Source of the DNA: Harriotta raleighana
Lineage: Eukaryota
Reading direction: 5' to 3'
Assembly (NCBI GenBank): GCA_050575255.1
Contig: JBNZDD010013683.1
Coordinates: 2,721,928 to 2,785,927, forward strand
Length of the DNA: 64,000 nt
The translations under genes were made by a program, and so were the position numbers. The notes below the pieces were generated by a model. That model was not told the origin of the DNA. It did not search any database and saw nothing but the letters and a program-made list of their open reading frames with translations. This document shows positions 25,953-39,158 of this stretch, one piece after another. Every line of letters begins with the position of its first letter. Within the stretch, counting starts at the first letter, position 1.

Positions 25953-26500
25953 AGAACAGAAGAACATAAGAATTCAGAGCAGGAATAGGCCATTCGGCCC
26001 TTCGAGCCTGCCCCACCATTCAATAAGATCATGGCTGGTCTTCTGACTTAACTCTAATTACCTGCGCTATCCCCATATTACCCTAATCCCTCTTTTTTTT
26101 AAAAAAATCTATCAGTCTCAGCCTTGAAAATGTTCAAGGACTGAGCATCTATTCCATAAATTCACTACCCTCTGAGTGAAGAAATGTTTCCTCAACTCTG
26201 TTCTAAAAGGCTGACCCTTAACTTTAAGACTGTGATCCCTGGTTATAGATTCTCCTACCAGAGGAAACAGTCCCTCAGTGTCTACTTTATCCAGTCCTTT
26301 AAGAATCCTATATGTTTCACTAAGATCCCCCCTAATTCTTCCGTACTCTAGAGAATACAGCCCTAGTTTATTCAACCTATCCTCATAGGTCAGTCCCCTC
26401 ATCGCAGGAACTAACCTAGTGAATCTACGCTGCACCCCCTCTAAGGCAACTATGTCCTTTTTTAAATAAGGAGACCAAAACTGCACACAATACTTTAAGT
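25953..26500 (-). mobile_element. CR1 LINE 3' fragment (ORF2 C-terminus and tail)
   Basis: LKYCVQFWSPYLKKDIVALEGVQRRFTRLVPAMRGLTYEDRLNKLGLYSLE...RGDL...FFTQRVVNLWN; chondrichthyan-type tail GGGCCGAATGGCCTATTCCTGCTC and TTCTTATGTTCTT. Confidence 0.95.
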
Positions 26501-26814
26501 GTCGATATCTTTCTCTTTCCCATGCTCTCTTTCCCCGCCAACTACCCACTCCACCACACCACCCACCAACACGCACACACACGATACACAAACACATATA
26601 CACACAGTTGTTGGTTTTCAGTGTTACTTTGCTTTTCCTTCTTCCTGGTGTGAATCGTTGAGAAGTTAAAGCACACCACACAGTGCATCCGTTTCAGAGA
26701 ATCCATTTCTGTGGTGCGGTGACTGGTGTATCTGGTACAGTATATTGTTCATCTCTGAATGCCCTTGTAGGCCGGATGTTAATACACACTGACATTCCAT
26801 CGTGAATTAGTGAA

Positions 26815-27355
26815 AAACAACAACAACAATATTATATTTGAAAAGTGTCTTTCACATCAGGAGGTCATCCCAAGGCGCTGGAAGTCAATGTTTCAGATCT
26901 GAGCTGGGGTCGGGACCTGGGAGGGTGGAGGGAAAGGAAGGGATTTGGGATGTCCGATGTGACCGTCGAAGAGTAGGCGGGAGTTGAAGGAGGCCAGTCA
27001 GGGGGTGAGGTGGAGGGACTGCGGATGAAATTCCAGAGGTTAGGGGCAGAATGGCTGAAGGCTAGCCTGCCAACGGTGGGGCAGGTGGGTCTGGAAACAT
27101 GGATCCAGCTGGAGCCTGCTGAGTGGAGGGAGCCAGCAGGTTGGGAGGGGTTTAGGAGGTTGCAGAGATAGGAAGGGGCGAGGCCATTGAGGGCTTTGAA
27201 GATGAGGACCAGGATCTTCAATTGAATCCTCCAGGTGATGGGAGTCAGGCAACAATGGGGGAGATAGGATCATGGAGCTTGGAGCAGTAGAGGACATGGG
27301 CTGCAGAGTTTTGCATGATCTGCAGCCTATGGAGGTAGGAATTTGGAAGGCCGAC
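26815..27355 (-). mobile_element. L2 LINE 3' fragment
   Basis: KILVLIFKALNGLAPSYLCNLL...AFSHSAPNLWN; (CAA)n tail at 26816-26830. Confidence 0.92.
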
Positions 27356-27926
27356 AAGCATACAATAATAAATGTGTCAAGCTTGGAGCAAATGCTCTGC
27401 AGGTTTGAATCCTGTCAAAACATAGGAGATACCCAATAAAAAATGTTCTATTCTCTGCATGCAAAAACACTGATACTGTAGCTCCCTTTAGTTTTTATAG
27501 TCAGTTTACTTAGGGGATCAGTTTGCAAATGAACCCAGGTCAACCCTTTGAAGGTGAAAGGTCACAGCCCATTACATATTACATTACAAGTAAAAACACA
27601 ATTGGCATGATGGAGTTAACCCATGCTTTGAACCCGTCACCAACACTGTTCTTCTGTCCAACACAATTACCTGTATTAGTCCAAAACAGTCAAGCATTTG
27701 TTCTTGTTGATTGACGGGACTGTTGCTATTAGTTTGCTGAATAGAACTGCGATTGACTATAACTACAGTGAAGCTGAGTGTCTCTTCATGTTACCCCCTT
27801 TGATGAGGTAACAGTTGTGGTTCAACAGAAGATTAAGTTATCTTGAGACAGGCAAGGAGCACCTGTAAGAGTTTCACCAGATGGTAAGAGGAGCTGCCAT
27901 TACAGCCACAACCACTCTTGCACCTT

Positions 27927-28256
27927 TGTGGAGTCCTGTAGCTCAGTGGTTAGAGCACTCGCCTTACAAGCATGAGACCCGTGTTCGAATCCAGGTAGGT
28001 CAGGGCGAAACCTTGGGCAAGTTTCCTTCCTCTCCACACGTGCCTATTAATAATCCCTCCCCCCAAAAAACGCAATAATAAAATTGGTCATATCAATCCA
28101 TGACTGTTTATAGCACACTGCTCTGCGCAATTGGCTGCCGCGTTTCGTCCACATGTATACAGTCAATTCTCTTTACAGTATATTCTGTGAAGCACTTTGA
28201 GATGTCTAGAAGATGTGGAAAGTGCTATATCAAATGCAAGGATTATTATTATTATT
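27927..28256 (+). mobile_element. Full-length Deu-domain tRNA-SINE (intermediate subfamily)
   Basis: GGAGTCCTGTAGCTCAGTGGTTAGAGCACTCGCCTTACAAGC head; tail GCACTTTGAGATGTCTAGAAG with (TTA)n. Confidence 0.95.
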
Positions 28257-28769
28257 AGGCGCATTAATAAGTTCCCTGTTAAATAGCGTTCCAGAGCATA
28301 CATCGATTCACATTTGCAAACTGTGATCCTCTTCCATTGCTGATTGAGCAATCACGTCTGAGCATTTCGATCCAGATGTATCAATTTACCCCGACTGACC
28401 TTCAGACAACATCTTAGCGTACACCTTGCTTCACACGTCGGCTGAGAATTAAAGGCACGTTTAAACAACATTAATTCTGGGGTGAGATAGCGATTCAGTT
28501 TTTGGATGAAATCAATGGTTCCTGGCAGTCATAACAGTGTAGAAAGCCATCCCCGAGGCTACTACAATGCAGTGTAAACACAGCCACAGGGTTTCACTAG
28601 ATAATCTTTAATATTTACTCTTTTCTGCAGCCAACAGGAGATCCCAAAGTGGTGACATGATGTTACAGCTATTTTAAACATTCTGGACATCTGTGCAGCT
28701 GGATTATAAAAGAAAAGTTTGACCGACTTCCACGCTGCAGACTACAGAAGCCATGTAAGTATTTACAAG

Positions 28770-29060
28770 ATCACAAGAGCGGTTTGAATCAACAAGGCCC
28801 ATCAGCCCATTTGATCTCATCTCTTCCAGAATATCTACCCGACCATCTTCGTCACTGCAGCATCAAGCTATTGTAAAAACGAGTCCAATAGCTTTGTCTC
28901 AACTGCCCCTCCCTGATAAACATGTTGCAGTTATTTATTACGCTCTGGGGTAAAATAAATACTTTGTTGTGTCTGTCCTGAAATTTATTCTTTGTAACCC
29001 TGATCTTGTATCCTTGTACTGTGCAGTCTTGGTTCATGCCAAAGTTTTGTTCGTTAAATT
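28770..29060 (-). mobile_element. Old CR1 3' fragment
   Basis: Minus strand 'VQGYKIRVTKNKF' / 'TQSVINN' CR1 C-terminal remnants and a CAGCCCATTTGATCTCATC tail. Confidence 0.6.
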
Positions 29061-29764
29061 TCTCAAATCCACTTAAGATTTTATGTACCTTTTTAGAAAG
29101 CTCTCGCGAATCTTATCATTGCTCATAGTTCATTCCTCTAACACAGGTGATCATGTCTATTGCTATTCATAGTTCCTGTATCAAGGCAGTCAGGATTCAA
29201 GCTCAGTCTTTCCTTCTCCAACCAGCAGCGTTGCGTTAATACCTCTGCGTATCTTTCACTCAGTCCCGCTGTAAAATGCTGCTTCTTTGCTCTCCTTCCC
29301 CCCACATTGCCCTTCTCTGATTCTATCTGCCAAACGCGGCCATGTTTTTCAAGGGTGTTAATTGGTTCTTCTATGAAAAAAATCAGTTCAATATAGATTC
29401 AAGCCATACCTGCTGATCAGTTTCATAAAATACCGTATATTGAAGCATGTGGTTTTACTTCATTTCTGATTAAACCCCACCCTGTGCCTTGTTCCACAAT
29501 GTGACTCACAGCTGTAAACATTTTCTTTTGATAAATAGGTACCAGTGAAACTGAGATTGAACCTTATCATGAACAATTCTGTCTCCTGTTGCAAACTGCA
29601 GTGTTCTGTTGTTCTGCACAATTTCTCATTGAGTTTGAATCTGGAAGAATTTACATAAAATTACAGACAGTAAACTGTATATCACAGAAACAACCCGATG
29701 GCTGAACTAATGCATTCAGGTGAATACGCTTTCTCATCCACCTTATTCCTGTTCATAAAACACC

Positions 29765-29890
29765 TTTCATTTCATATTCAGACTGTATAGAGTTCTGGTC
29801 AGCCCACACATAGAGTACTGCAAACAGATTTGAGCATTGTGACACAAGGACCAAAAACGCAGTAGAGAGAAGAGCAATGAAGATGATCTG
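29765..29890 (+). mobile_element. CR1 ORF2 fragment
   Basis: CTGTATAGAGTTCTGGTCAGCCCACACATAGAGTACTGCAAACAGATTTGA reads LYRVLVSPHIEYCKQI*, the CR1 LYksLVRPHLEYCvQfW motif. Confidence 0.7.
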
Positions 29891-32800
29891 CAGCATTGGA
29901 AGAATGAACTATGAGCAGTGATTAGACAAGCAATGTTTTGAAGGCATTTTTGTGCAGAAACACGTTTTTGTGTGGGAGGCACAGTGACATTTCTGGAGAT
30001 TGGGTAAAATGTGTTGCAGAGAAAGTGGTCTGCACAATCAGTCGACTGCACAATACGTAAGGCCAATGAAAATATTAAGCCTTTCCTTCCAGTCTTAATA
30101 TTTATGCTACGAAAATGGAAACTATTAGCAGAGATACTACAGATGAATATTTTAATGTTAAAAAAAATATTAGGTGTGAGCTAGTTAATGAAATACTTTG
30201 ATGGTGAGGAAAATAAACCCTTTGAATCATTTATGTAAAGAACATTCAACTAATTGCACAAGAGCTAAAATCATTAACTCTTATTACCTTGTGCAAACTT
30301 ATAATTGGAGGATGATTAGTCTTTTTATCGGTTCACTTGTGTGGTGTAATAACAGGGTACAAATCCATACGACTGACTTCTTAGAAGTGGATCTATTGAC
30401 TGAAAATTCTACTCAAGTAAACAAGGTAGTCGTGGGATCTCGGGGAAAAAACACACACAAACACATTCTGTTATATGTAATTGAAAGAGCCTCATTGAAT
30501 TGCAATTGAATTGGTTTTGTTTAAAATCCTGCATCTTGAGGTGTGTGCAGATCGAAGAGCATCCTTCTAGTGCAGAAGATGATATCAAACTTGTCACTGT
30601 ACCCATCCATAGATGTACCAGATTGATTTCAGTGCTGTTGCTGGGATCAGCGATTAGGATTTGGATTGAAATGTAACTAATACGGTGTTAAATATCGTCA
30701 TCAACTTCCCCCAGCGAAATGAGATCACAATTCGAGTAACAATGTGGGAATCCTTTAAAGAAAATTAAGTAGCCAGGTGAGTGCCAATGTTATCAAATTT
30801 GGTAGGTTGACTAATGCTTACATAATAAGTCGCCAGGGGCTATTGGGTGTTTGAGCTCTGCTAGTAATCATTATATCCTGATGCTATCCTGAGTGAAGGG
30901 CACTATATAAATGCAAGTTGGCGTTATATTTCAAAGAGGCTTATATCTTTGATATCATTTGGAGTTGAACTGGCTGCCTAATCTTAATAGAATTCTGTTT
31001 TATGATGAGTAGATCCAGTGATTGATGTGGGAGTGTTGTATTTATAGCCTGTGTGACGTAGACACAGAGAAGCTAACAGATTCTTTTTACAGTAGTTAGC
31101 GCATTATTTAATTTACAGTGGGCATTGAGTAAAATTATTCGTGGAATATTACATATTAGATGGCCCTTCCTGAATTAGTTCTTTCTCTCTCCTGTCGAAA
31201 CAACCTAACCTGAAATTTTCTGCCTTGGTAATTTAATATTTTTAGAAGAGAAGGTTAAGCTTCTTGTGCATAAATCAGGCACATAGTAATAATATCATAA
31301 TGGCATTGTCACAGGCCAATATGCATCAGATTTGTGTCATTAATATCAAATCTATGACATATGTAGTGCCAAATACTTTAATAAGAAACATTTTCAGTTA
31401 ATGTTCCCAAAGTACACCTGATAACTAATGAAACCATAAGTAATGTGTGACAGTTCCTTCGTGGTTTGAATAATATTTCATCTACAGGGTTCCACCATCA
31501 CTTGATATCTCTCATGTGAAGCTGCTTTTAATTATCTTAATTTCTTTCTCTGTTGTATTATACCATATGCATTCAATGCATTTTGCAGCGTCATATTTTC
31601 TGACACACCACAAACCCCACAGTATACGAGAATTTCCCCCTTCCCCCCTCAAAAAAAAATGGTTGCCCTGCTGCTGTTGTGGTAAAAGAGGTGATGACAC
31701 TGATTTCATTCTTCATCCTGTCATTGTTGTCCTGCCATATGGTTCCTTAAAAGCCATCCTTACATTCTGTCAACTCTGCATGAATAACCGTTGAATGTAT
31801 GAGAACGTATGATTGAATAGTGTTCCTTTATCTATTCCTTCCAAAGACCGGATGTAGGAACCTTCAGAAGTGAAGGGATCGAGTTTCACTTCAATTTGTC
31901 CATCATCTTTGTTGACGTTGTAGCTAACCGGAAGTTTGGTACTGATGACAGGTGCAGGTTAGCAGATCAAATGTGACCGGATGATGGCTTGATGATGACC
32001 CTAGAAAATTGGCTTTCACCAGAAAAATATTGTGCTGAACTCATGAGGATGGTACTAGCAATCGCGCTAACTGATGGCAATGCTCTCTCAACCAGGGAAC
32101 AAGGCTTGAGAGAAGACCAGCCAACAAGTAAACACAGTGGTGTCTAGCTAAGAAGCTCTCAGGATCCCTTGTGATGTGAATGAAGCTGACAGTGTTCCAG
32201 AGCAGAGCCTCCATCACAGGATATATGCAGCCAGTGCTCCATTATCTGCAAATACTTCATAGCCAGTAAGTCATTACTGCTCAGTTTTGTAGCCCTTCCA
32301 AATTGAGTAACGCCATAACCTATGGCTTAGTTGCAACTGGTGAGCCAGCGCCATTTCAGATGCTGCTCTCCTGAAGCTGGGATCTATAAACCCTTGCCAG
32401 GGATCAGCGAAGTTGACAAGTTCTCCCCTTGGTCGCATCTCTCCATCTCCGTAGATTATGTTACATCCGAATTTATAGCCAAAATGTTTATTTAAGACAA
32501 ACCGTAGCTGGTTTGCTCATAGTGGTAGATCATTATTTCTGTTCCCAACAGCAAAATAGAACAGGGATAGAAACTCCCTCATTTCCCTAGGGGCTGCGGA
32601 GTAATAAATTACGTACGTGATGAAATACACGCATCTCCTGAGAATGAAATACGATTCCTTAATCGGCAAAGGGCTGATCTCGATTGATGCGTTGGTAGTC
32701 TGTGACACAGACATGGTAAATATTCATGTGTCTGCTAATATCCCAGGATCCTGACCCCTGACTGTCCAACGCCTTGGGATGTCCTCCCGATGCGAAAGGC

Positions 32801-33795
32801 ACTCTACAAATGTAATTCTGTTGTTGTTGTATCCTGTCAAGATGTGTTTGTTTGATCCCAATCATTTATTTTGTTTCAAAATGGAGGGTTTCTCTTTATT
32901 CGGCAATGTAAGGGTCAAGCTTTCTCTATGAAAGGGAGCTGAAAAGGGATTCTGTGGGTTTAACTCCAGTTAATTCTAATTCATGTTGTTCCTCTCCAAA
33001 TCTCTGTTGTTTGCAAATTACACACTTTTCTATGCACTAATCTGTTGGGAATCCCAATAAGCAATGGGTAGGAGAAACCATGGAATTCACTTGGAATCAA
33101 AGACCTTCTGTTTCCTGGGTGGAGTAAACTACTTCTTATTCCAAAAAAAAATCAAATCCGAATTTGACAGATTTTCTATTCCTTTAAGAGTGTTTTGAGG
33201 ATTGCTTTATTGAAACTCGGAGTTGAGACAAAGATAGTATGTATGTCTTCTTAACTGCTTGTGCAAAAAAAAAATGGTTGGTGGGGTGGGGATGGAAAGA
33301 AAGTGATCTAATTCCTGTAATCTGTAAAACCACATGCTTGCAGCCTGTATGGAAGCTGGCTGGCACTGACTCATGTTTTTACATTACTGTGTTGGTGTCT
33401 CAATTTTATAGCATTTGAAATTCACACACCTCCAGGAGCAGTTGTGATACTTGGAAGGGCAGAACATTACACATGTGTAATCATAACCAATGGAAATACT
33501 TTCAGGTAGTCTTTTTCAATAGGTGGCCTCCTTAACGCAGGTTCAAGTCTATTTCATTTATGCCTTAGCAGCACTACGAGAGAGGTGGTCACTACGAGAG
33601 GTGATCTTTTAAACACAATTTTGCCACAATAAAAGAAAAGATTGCCATTGGTCAGGGAAACCCCTGAGCTGTTGTCTGAATGCCTCCTAGAAATTAATAG
33701 AAATACAAAATTGAATGCCTTGCCCAACAGCGATTTGCTCCCTAAACCCACTTCAGTGACTGGCATTATCTTGGCTTGAATAATAGTAATAATCA

Positions 33796-33882
33796 CAATA
33801 ATAATCCTTGCATTTTACATCTTCTAGATGTCTCAAAACGCTTCACAGAATATACTGTAAAGTGAATTGCCTGTATATTTGT
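33796..33882 (-). mobile_element. SINE 3' tail fragment
   Basis: AATAATAATCCTTGCATTTTACATCTTCTAGATGTCTCAAAACGCTTCACAGAATATACTGTAAAGTGAATTG. Confidence 0.85.
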
Positions 33883-36800
33883 AAATGTGAAGCATTCGAC
33901 TCGTAAATGATGAATTGTAGAACCATTATATTATGTTTGCTCACCCACTCCTCCCACGCTCACACCTTATTATATCTTGTTTTTATTATTAAATTACCAT
34001 TTTCTCTGTAGTTGCTTTACCATAATTTTTCACATAAAAGCAGATTCCATTTCGCTCTGAAAATGGTCCCAAATGCCAGGTGCAATTACATGTGAATGTG
34101 TTTTGCGAATTTATTCGTATCAACTTCTTAAATGCAAACATTTGAAGAGAGCCTAGGGTGCATTGTGTGTGGTGTATGGTACATGTGAGCAATTACAGTC
34201 AACTTACATTTGAATGGATTACTGGGGGGATGTGGTGGGGGGGTTGAGGGAGACATATGAGGGGGTTGTTGGTGGGGACACACATGAGTCGGGGAAGACG
34301 ACCACAAGAAATTTACAGCACAGTAGAAGGCCATTCAGCAATTATATCGAACTTAATTATTTTACACAGCCGATGGTGAGCATGTGAAGTAGGTCAGATT
34401 GGGTTACACTATTCAAGAGCTATTTGGTAAAGAATTCAACTGAACGACATGAGAGACATTGGCTGGAGGGAATGTAATTTTCAGTCCCGTGTATCTTATA
34501 TTCCTTGTTGGTTAACGTGATAAGGCGGTAACATTGCTGTAATTTTGTGTGTCTGATTTGATCTGTGCATGCCTCACCTATTTGTCTGTATGAGGTTTGA
34601 CAATTAAACACAATAACATTTTATTGGTGATTCCAATCATTCCCAATTGAGACAATAAAATGCAATCATTCTGCTAATGCTGTATTGTAACCTTTTCGAT
34701 TCATTTGCATGTCACCTGTTTAAGGTCATCTTTAAAATGTTAACATCCTTCTTCATCATTAAATTCATAATTATTCAATGAGTGTATCCATTATTTTGTT
34801 AATGCTTCACTTGGCTTCAATTTAGACATATGAGCACTGTGGTTATATAATTAGAGTAACAGTGGGAAGTTGCAGCAGAGCAATACATTAGATGTCAATT
34901 TAACCAAGGAAAGCTGTGTATTTTATGCTGAAAATCATGCCAAGTGTTAGCAGCCGCCTTGAGTATGTGTAAGAGTTCAGAAGGAATGAAACAGTCATAT
35001 CTAATGTTAGTGAAGTGTTTGCAATGCAGAACTGAAATAAATAAACTGAAACAAACTTTGTTTGCGCCACTCTTCTGAAGGAAAGGAAACTAGCTCTTAC
35101 TCTGGTTGTCTATTGACTTGTCACCTGTTATATCGGAGGCAAGTGATGCTCAGATTGTTCTCTTTCAACTGAGCTGCCACTTGTTGGACAGAAAGTTAAC
35201 ATTTCATTTCAGTTCAATCATAAACACGCAGCAAAAATATTGTATATAATTCACAAAGGAGCATGTAGATTATTAATGCCAATCCCAAAGTAGGAAATAT
35301 CCTTCACCATTACTTCTCTTACCTCTCAAATGACAACCTCATTCTTTCAAGAATTGGATTACAAAATTTACAAAACACCTTCCTGGTAATCTGTTCCACA
35401 TAGTGATGATTTCTCTTAGGGTTTGGTTGGTTGAAATCAATTTGGTTGAATTTGCATTGTTTTCTGATAAGAATCCCCTTTTGTGTTTGCATGATGAATT
35501 TTCATCATTGAAGATGAAGATAATATGACAATTAAACACAATGTTTTTCTTGGGTGGGGAGGTGCATTTTGCTAATCTGGTTGCATTTATCATTCAAGTA
35601 TCAAACCCTCAAGTTGGAGTAAAAAGTAATTTTAGCCTACTGTTGCAAAGTAGTGAAGAATTTGGGAAATTAAATGTAAATTAGTTGTAACGTGCTCGAC
35701 AGATTGTGAATGGAGTAACATTATAAATATTTATTAACTCTGAATAAATTATCGCAGCTAAGTTTTCACCTATTTGGGAGGCGGGATGGAAAAAAAAACA
35801 CATCTTCACTCTTCCTAAAATGAGCGGAGTGAAGAAAACAAGTGTTTGCTCCTGTGACAATTCTCGGTTCCATTCACAAAATCGCTTGCTCCCCAACTTC
35901 ACTCGGGTGGCAAGCTGGGGATGCTCAATTGCAATGTGGAAAGCTCCGAATGATTCTCAGAGAAAAAAAGTTCTGCGTGTTTTTGAATGCTCAGCGATTC
36001 TGAAATTGGTATTGAAAGCCCACGCAAAGAAGAGCACGTTTGCCAGAGACACTATTTGGTGTCTTTCACATGGCCAGGTCCTGGTCGGTGGGAGAGGTTT
36101 TATTGGATGGTTGTCCCATACAAAAGAGCATTGCACAGTTTGCTACTATTCGTCGATCTTGGGTTGAAGGCGATTTTGAATACTGTACTGACAGCTAACC
36201 TTTCATTTTTTGATAACTGATGGCTTTGTGATGCAAGTTGTAACTATCCAACAGTAGATAAAACTGGTGGTGAGGATGTGAGGGTGAGAGGATCAAAATG
36301 GACGAGGGCTTAGCTGATGAGACGGAACTGTCAGTGGTGTCATTTTCCCCTTTTTGGGGAAATAGTGCTGTTCGGTTTAATTATCAATCAGCTGTTTTTA
36401 GCCCTATCTCTGTCCGATTCCACCCCCCCCTCCCACTACCACCACCACCACCAAAGTTTTTTTTTATCAAAGGCCACATTATCTTTCATCGCTCTTCATA
36501 GTTTGTTAGTCAAGTGTATGTCACAGGAAGGGGAGAATGACCCATCAAAATGTAGTGAATTTCCTCTCTCTGGAAGTGTGGGCATCATGTTCCAGCTTCT
36601 CTTCGATGACTCTGTCCCCACTGCCCTCTCAGCCACCCATCGGTGATCACCCAAGCTACAGTTATTCATTCGCTGAGTTAATGCTCCATTTGTGAGATAT
36701 CTCTTTCAGGGATTGAGCTGAGAATTGACGAAGGGAAAATAGTCCCTCCCTAAACTTTGCTTCCCTCTCAAAGAATTCATTGACCAGCATTTTGTCTAAA

Positions 36801-36989
36801 CTTGATGGAGAGTCAGAAAGTACATGTCTATCTTGCAAAGAAATAGCAACAGGTCATCAAATCACAGATGATCTGACAATCGTTCTGATTATTTGTTACT
36901 CACCCTGATCCAATGCGAATGGCCAATCTTACTGTTATTCTAAAGACTGAATAAATAATATGTCCCAGAGTTAAACCCAAATGCCAATT

Positions 36990-37085
36990 AATAATAATAA
37001 TAATCTTTGCATTTGATATAGCACTTTTCATCGACATCTCAAAGTGCTTGTAAAGCGAGTGCTCTAACCACTGAGCTACAGGAGC
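36990..37085 (-). mobile_element. Internally deleted mini-SINE (tRNA head fused to tail)
   Basis: Minus strand GCTCCTGTAGCTCAGTGGTTAGAGCACTCGCTTTAC-AAGCA-CTTTGAGATGTCGATGAAAAGTGCTATATCAAATGCAAAG(ATT)n. Confidence 0.9.
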
Positions 37086-37279
37086 AGAAAAATTAAAGAT
37101 TGTAAAGGTTTTGGTTTCACAGAACGGTGGATATTTTTGACAGATTTGCAACTAAATAAATGATTGGCTCCTTCAATAAGGATGAGATAAATATCTGATT
37201 GGGAATGAGAGTAAAAACAATTGGATTAAAGGTAATGGAATTGATGTATAATCTGCCAGGGCTAACCATCCTCCAGATA

Positions 37280-37440
37280 AGATTGTTCATTCATGATTGT
37301 TTGTTGGACATTGTTGTGCATACATTTACTGCTGTGTTCTACTACAAATTACACCAGTCACTACACCTTTCAGAAAAGTTTGAGACGTTTCAACGTGATT
37401 AGGCACTGTATCGAACGCAAAGATTATTATTTTATTATTA
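37280..37440 (+). mobile_element. Old Deu-SINE 3' fragment (SacSINE1-like)
   Basis: GATTGTTTGTTGGACATTGTTGTGCA...CAGTCACTACACC...AGGCACTGTATCGAACGCAAAGATTATTAT. Confidence 0.65.
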
Positions 37441-38829
37441 CAGTTTATACTTTCACTAGTTTCACGTTCAAAACAACATAAAAATCTATCCATGGAATAC
37501 ATTGACGGCCTTTTCTGATGAATTATTGGCAAACTCTTCAACAGCAAGCATTCCTATCGACATTGTCCTCTTGCAAGTATGACTCTCACCTAGGGTATAA
37601 TTAAATGCAGGAGTTTGCGACTTCTAAATGTTACAACATTACTTTCGATTGATCTGAGAAGCTATTGTGCTTATTTGTGGCCCCATTCAGCGTATGGAAC
37701 AGGCACTATTAAATCATTCGTCCTTTGCTTGCTGTAATAAATTGAGAACCCAAGGTTTTCACTCCATGTTTCGACAACCCCTATTGTGAATCATCTCCTT
37801 TACAGCTCCTTTGCAATCCCATTTTTAGAGTCGAAGAGTTTTTAATTTCAAAGCCGGAACCAAGAAAGTGACTACCACTGTTTTACAGATAAATACCAAA
37901 TAACAGCATTCTTGTTGTTTTTCCACTTTGTGAATTCTGTGCCAAATGACACACTCCGTTTTATCTGTTTGCTTGTTGGCCTGGACATCCGTGGCAATTT
38001 CCTTCTCTTTTCTTGCCATCATTGCTGGATCGAGTGAAATTTGTTAACGTGTGCAAAATTCAAGGAGAAATATATCTCCACCGAGAGTAAATATGAGATG
38101 TTTTGCTTATAAATCAAAGTGTTTTCAAACTGTTTGAAACGTGTCACTTGAAACCTAAATTAAACTTGTACTCAGTTTATTTGTTTTCCTGACGTAGAAA
38201 ATGAATAACTTACAATATGAGTTTAAGTGAGTTCACATTGAGCAGAGAAAAACACTGGAATTGACGGAAATAGAGAGAATAGTTCCCCCAAATGGAATTA
38301 TTACAGTGCGGCATTTATTTATGTTTTGCTCAGGAACATTCAATTGCCCAGTTTCCCGGATCGTTCGTTTTAAAAGTGCAGCGTTCACTCTCTCCAGCTA
38401 CTTAAAAATAATTAGAACACTATCTCTGTTTGGAAAAAGACTAATTGGGCATATCTGTCGTCATTGGCCGAGCAGCAAAATGGAAAATCCCCACTAATGG
38501 GCCTGTGAATCTGGGATCTCAGGTGGGTGGCTTCCTGTGATTCACAAAAGGGGATGAACATGGAGGATTAATCATGTTTTATTATTTTTCAGACTGCCTG
38601 ATTTACTATGTATTAGTGATGAGTAGGTTAATAACCCCATCTGTCACCTTTAAAATCCAAACCTCATGTTGGCACTTGGAAGTCTCACAAACCTCTGATG
38701 ATTCTCCCGAGCCCTGGTGCAGGCTGCCATGGTAGTGATTAGCCTCATAAATGTACCCTACGTTGCGGAAACTCTGAACTGCCTTTGGATATCTATTGAA
38801 AAATCACAATACAATCTCTTCACCTCAAA

Positions 38830-39158
38830 TGTGGAGCTCCTGTGGCTTAGTGGTTAGAGCACTTGTCTTATAAGCATGAGACCTGTGTTCGAATCCCGGC
38901 AGATCAGGGCAAAACCTTGGGCAAGTTTCCTTACTCCACACACATGCCTAATAATAATCCCTCCCAAAAATACAATAATAAAATTGGTCATTTCAATCCA
39001 CGACTGTTTGTGGGACGCTGCTGTGCGCAATTGGCTGCCGCATTGTGCCCAGAAATATACAGTCAATTCACTTTACAGTATATTCTGTGAAGCGCTTTGG
39101 GACGTCGATAAGATGTGAAAAGCGCTATATCAAATGCAAGGATTATTATTATTATTAT
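38830..39158 (+). mobile_element. Full-length Deu-domain tRNA-SINE (young)
   Basis: Complete consensus; AAATGT at 38827-38832 and 39159-39164 (TSD overlapping the 5' end). Confidence 0.97.

Noticed and set aside
27930-28000. tRNA-Val(TAC)-like genes at SINE heads (also 4684, 6911, 23157, 38833)
   Set aside because: They have A/B boxes and a CTTACAA loop, but no acceptor-stem 3' half, and each continues into the SINE body; these are tRNA-derived heads, not tRNA genes.
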